From: Bilabrum cf. latius
Lineage: Eukaryota
Assembly: GCA_965178125.1 (NCBI GenBank)
Contig: OZ237747.1
Location: 372,001-436,000 of the forward strand
DNA length: 64,000 nt
Direction of reading: 5' to 3'
Within the stretch, counting starts at the first letter, position 1. Every line of letters begins with the position of its first letter. Positions 62,475 through 64,000 of the stretch are shown in pieces. Below the pieces are notes generated by a model. It saw only the letters and a list, made by a program, of their open reading frames with translations. It was not told the DNA's origin and ran no database searches. The position numbers were made by a program, and so were the translations under genes.

Positions 62475-63185
62475 TTACGACGCAGCGCTCTCCAATCGGC
62501 GAGTATGCACGCTCACTAGTGATATGCCCGCAGCAACGAGCGAGCATGCAGTAAGCAAGTGCCACCACGCGTGGAGCTGAGGGTTGAACCCAAGCGTTGG
62601 GACGATGAGTCCGTGAACGATTACCTAGCACCCGAAGAAGTCCACGAGCCACAGGGCGAAGCCACCGACGGCGGTGCCAACAGCCGCTGCATGTGCACCC
62701 TTGGACTCGCTGTCCCCATGCCTCTGCACCACCAGGTGAAGCCTGTGTGCAGCCAGCACGGCGCATGCAATCAGGTGGAGCTCGCACACAAGCTCCTTGA
62801 CCAGCCAGACAAACGGTAAAATGAGCACCCAGTGCACGATCGACGTGGTCACTACAGACCATCCGTCTCGCGGTGGCTTGGATGCCATGAGCTCCCCCGC
62901 CCAATGCAGCAGCACGATTACCGCCAACGTCTCAAAGCTCTCGTCGAGTTTCTGCTAGTAGTACCGTAGATCGGCATGAAACCACGCTGACGTTACTCCA
63001 GTGAGCGCTACAGCCCATGCAAATGCATGTTTTTGGGCCCTATACTCGTGCCGCATCCCGAGGCCTAAAATAGCCGCAGCGGCTGCCACATACAGCAAGC
63101 TTGAGGAAGTATTCCACGGCTCCACCCGCTACGTCTGCCCAATACCTGCTTCGCACCAGTCAATAGGCGATGCTTGGTCGAACAT
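62475..63185 (-). CDS. Alkaline ceramidase (CREST superfamily), 236 aa
   Basis: Motifs SPIDWCE..EPWNTSS, SAWFH.DL.Y..QKLDE and NPQLHAWWH. TAG at ~63129, 62955 and 62625. Ends in TAA. Absent as a unit from the ORF track. Confidence 0.85.
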
Positions 63186-63345
63186 ATAAATTCAGAGCGC
63201 TGCTTTTGAAAAGTCTGATAGGGCGGCGCACGATCCGGCCAACTTTCAATTCGGAGCAGATGTGCAACTGCGACCATAGGCTCTATCGCAACCCGGGCAA
63301 AACAAACACGCACCTGGACATAGCTTTATAAAGTTTATAGTCTGT

Positions 63346-64000
63346 ATGTCGTTTGCACGGCTGGTCTTTTGCCGTCATGGCTAGAGCGAGAACAACGTTT
63401 TGCAAGATATTTCTCACGATCATTACAAGAAGCACAGATTAGCAGACCCAGACCTGACACCAACAGGATTCGAGTAGGCCAAGGCGGCCGGTGATGAAAT
63501 TAAGAGATTGATTGAAAAGACGAAGCCTGCTAGAGTACTGCTCTATGCTTCTCCGATGAAGAGGGCCCTCAGGACGGCGCAGCAACTTGCACTTTCGTCC
63601 AAGGTTCCGATTCGCATCGCCCCAAACGCCTTCGAGGCAGGTGGAATATTTAGAAAAGAGGTTGCCACCACTGCAGGCGCTGCAATGGCTGGATCCGCGC
63701 AACCGGCCTCGGCCTCGGTCTCGGGCCAAGCGCCACCGGCAGCCGCCGCGCCGCTCGAGCTCACCCTGGAGAAAGCGACTCATCTCGTGCCCGAGCTGGA
63801 CCGCGACCAGGCCGCGATGATTCTTTCAGAAAAAGGCTGGTACCACGACAAAACGTACTGCAAGGAGCCCTGCAGCAGCACTCTCAAGAGGGCTGCGAAA
63901 GTCGCACGGTGGGTGCGGTCTCTGCAGCCGATGCCGGCGCCAGAGAAAACGAGTGCATGCAAGCAGGAACGGGGCGGTGGGGCCGCTGTGTCTCCTTCTG
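63346..64000 (+). CDS. Histidine phosphatase superfamily (phosphoglycerate mutase-like) protein, running off the window end
   Basis: MSFARLVFCRHG*SENN..DPDLTPTGFE*AKAAG..LYASPMKRALRTA; frame open to 64000. Confidence 0.88.

Noticed and set aside
1458-64000. Interpreting the fragmented genes as mass pseudogenisation or sequencing error
   Set aside because: Interruptions are exclusively TAG, host genes show no frameshifts, motifs are intact on both sides, and housekeeping genes (MUT, ALG13, AAMP-like) are affected at conserved Gln sites.
1-64000. Prokaryotic or phage (code 15) origin, operons or CRISPR arrays
   Set aside because: Spliceosomal GT-AG introns and eukaryote-specific genes (Rab, formin, PHD, NBS1) are present, and no repeat-spacer array was seen. 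The 36-bp repeat at ~4800 is contiguous, coding and has no spacers.

Overview
This is gene-dense, GC-rich eukaryotic nuclear DNA with short GT-AG introns. It is probably from a heterotrophic protist; a stramenopile or bicosoecid-like lineage is my inference only. The main result is a variant genetic code: UAG is read as an amino acid, almost certainly glutamine, while UAA and UGA remain stops. The supplied ORF track fragments almost every gene at in-frame TAGs, and several of these fall on conserved Gln positions (methylmalonyl-CoA mutase GPLF*TPEE, WW domain TGET*WE, histidine phosphatase RHG*S and G.E*A, LDAH L..*I.HK). With TAG=Gln the window resolves into 19 complete host genes plus a histidine phosphatase running off the right edge. 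They include a 2149-aa PH-ankyrin-WW-FH2 formin, an NBS1-like protein and a single-exon 3250-aa BRPF/JADE-like PHD protein. All 20 reconstructed frames that end in the window (19 host genes plus the retroelement ORF) terminate in TGA (15) or TAA (5). Mobile DNA comprises a 5'-truncated RLE-type non-LTR retrotransposon with an 11-bp target-site duplication that also uses TAG as a sense codon, and a degenerate hAT-like fragment between two copies of a duplicated gene 5' end. All assignments come from reading motifs by eye; no database search was run.
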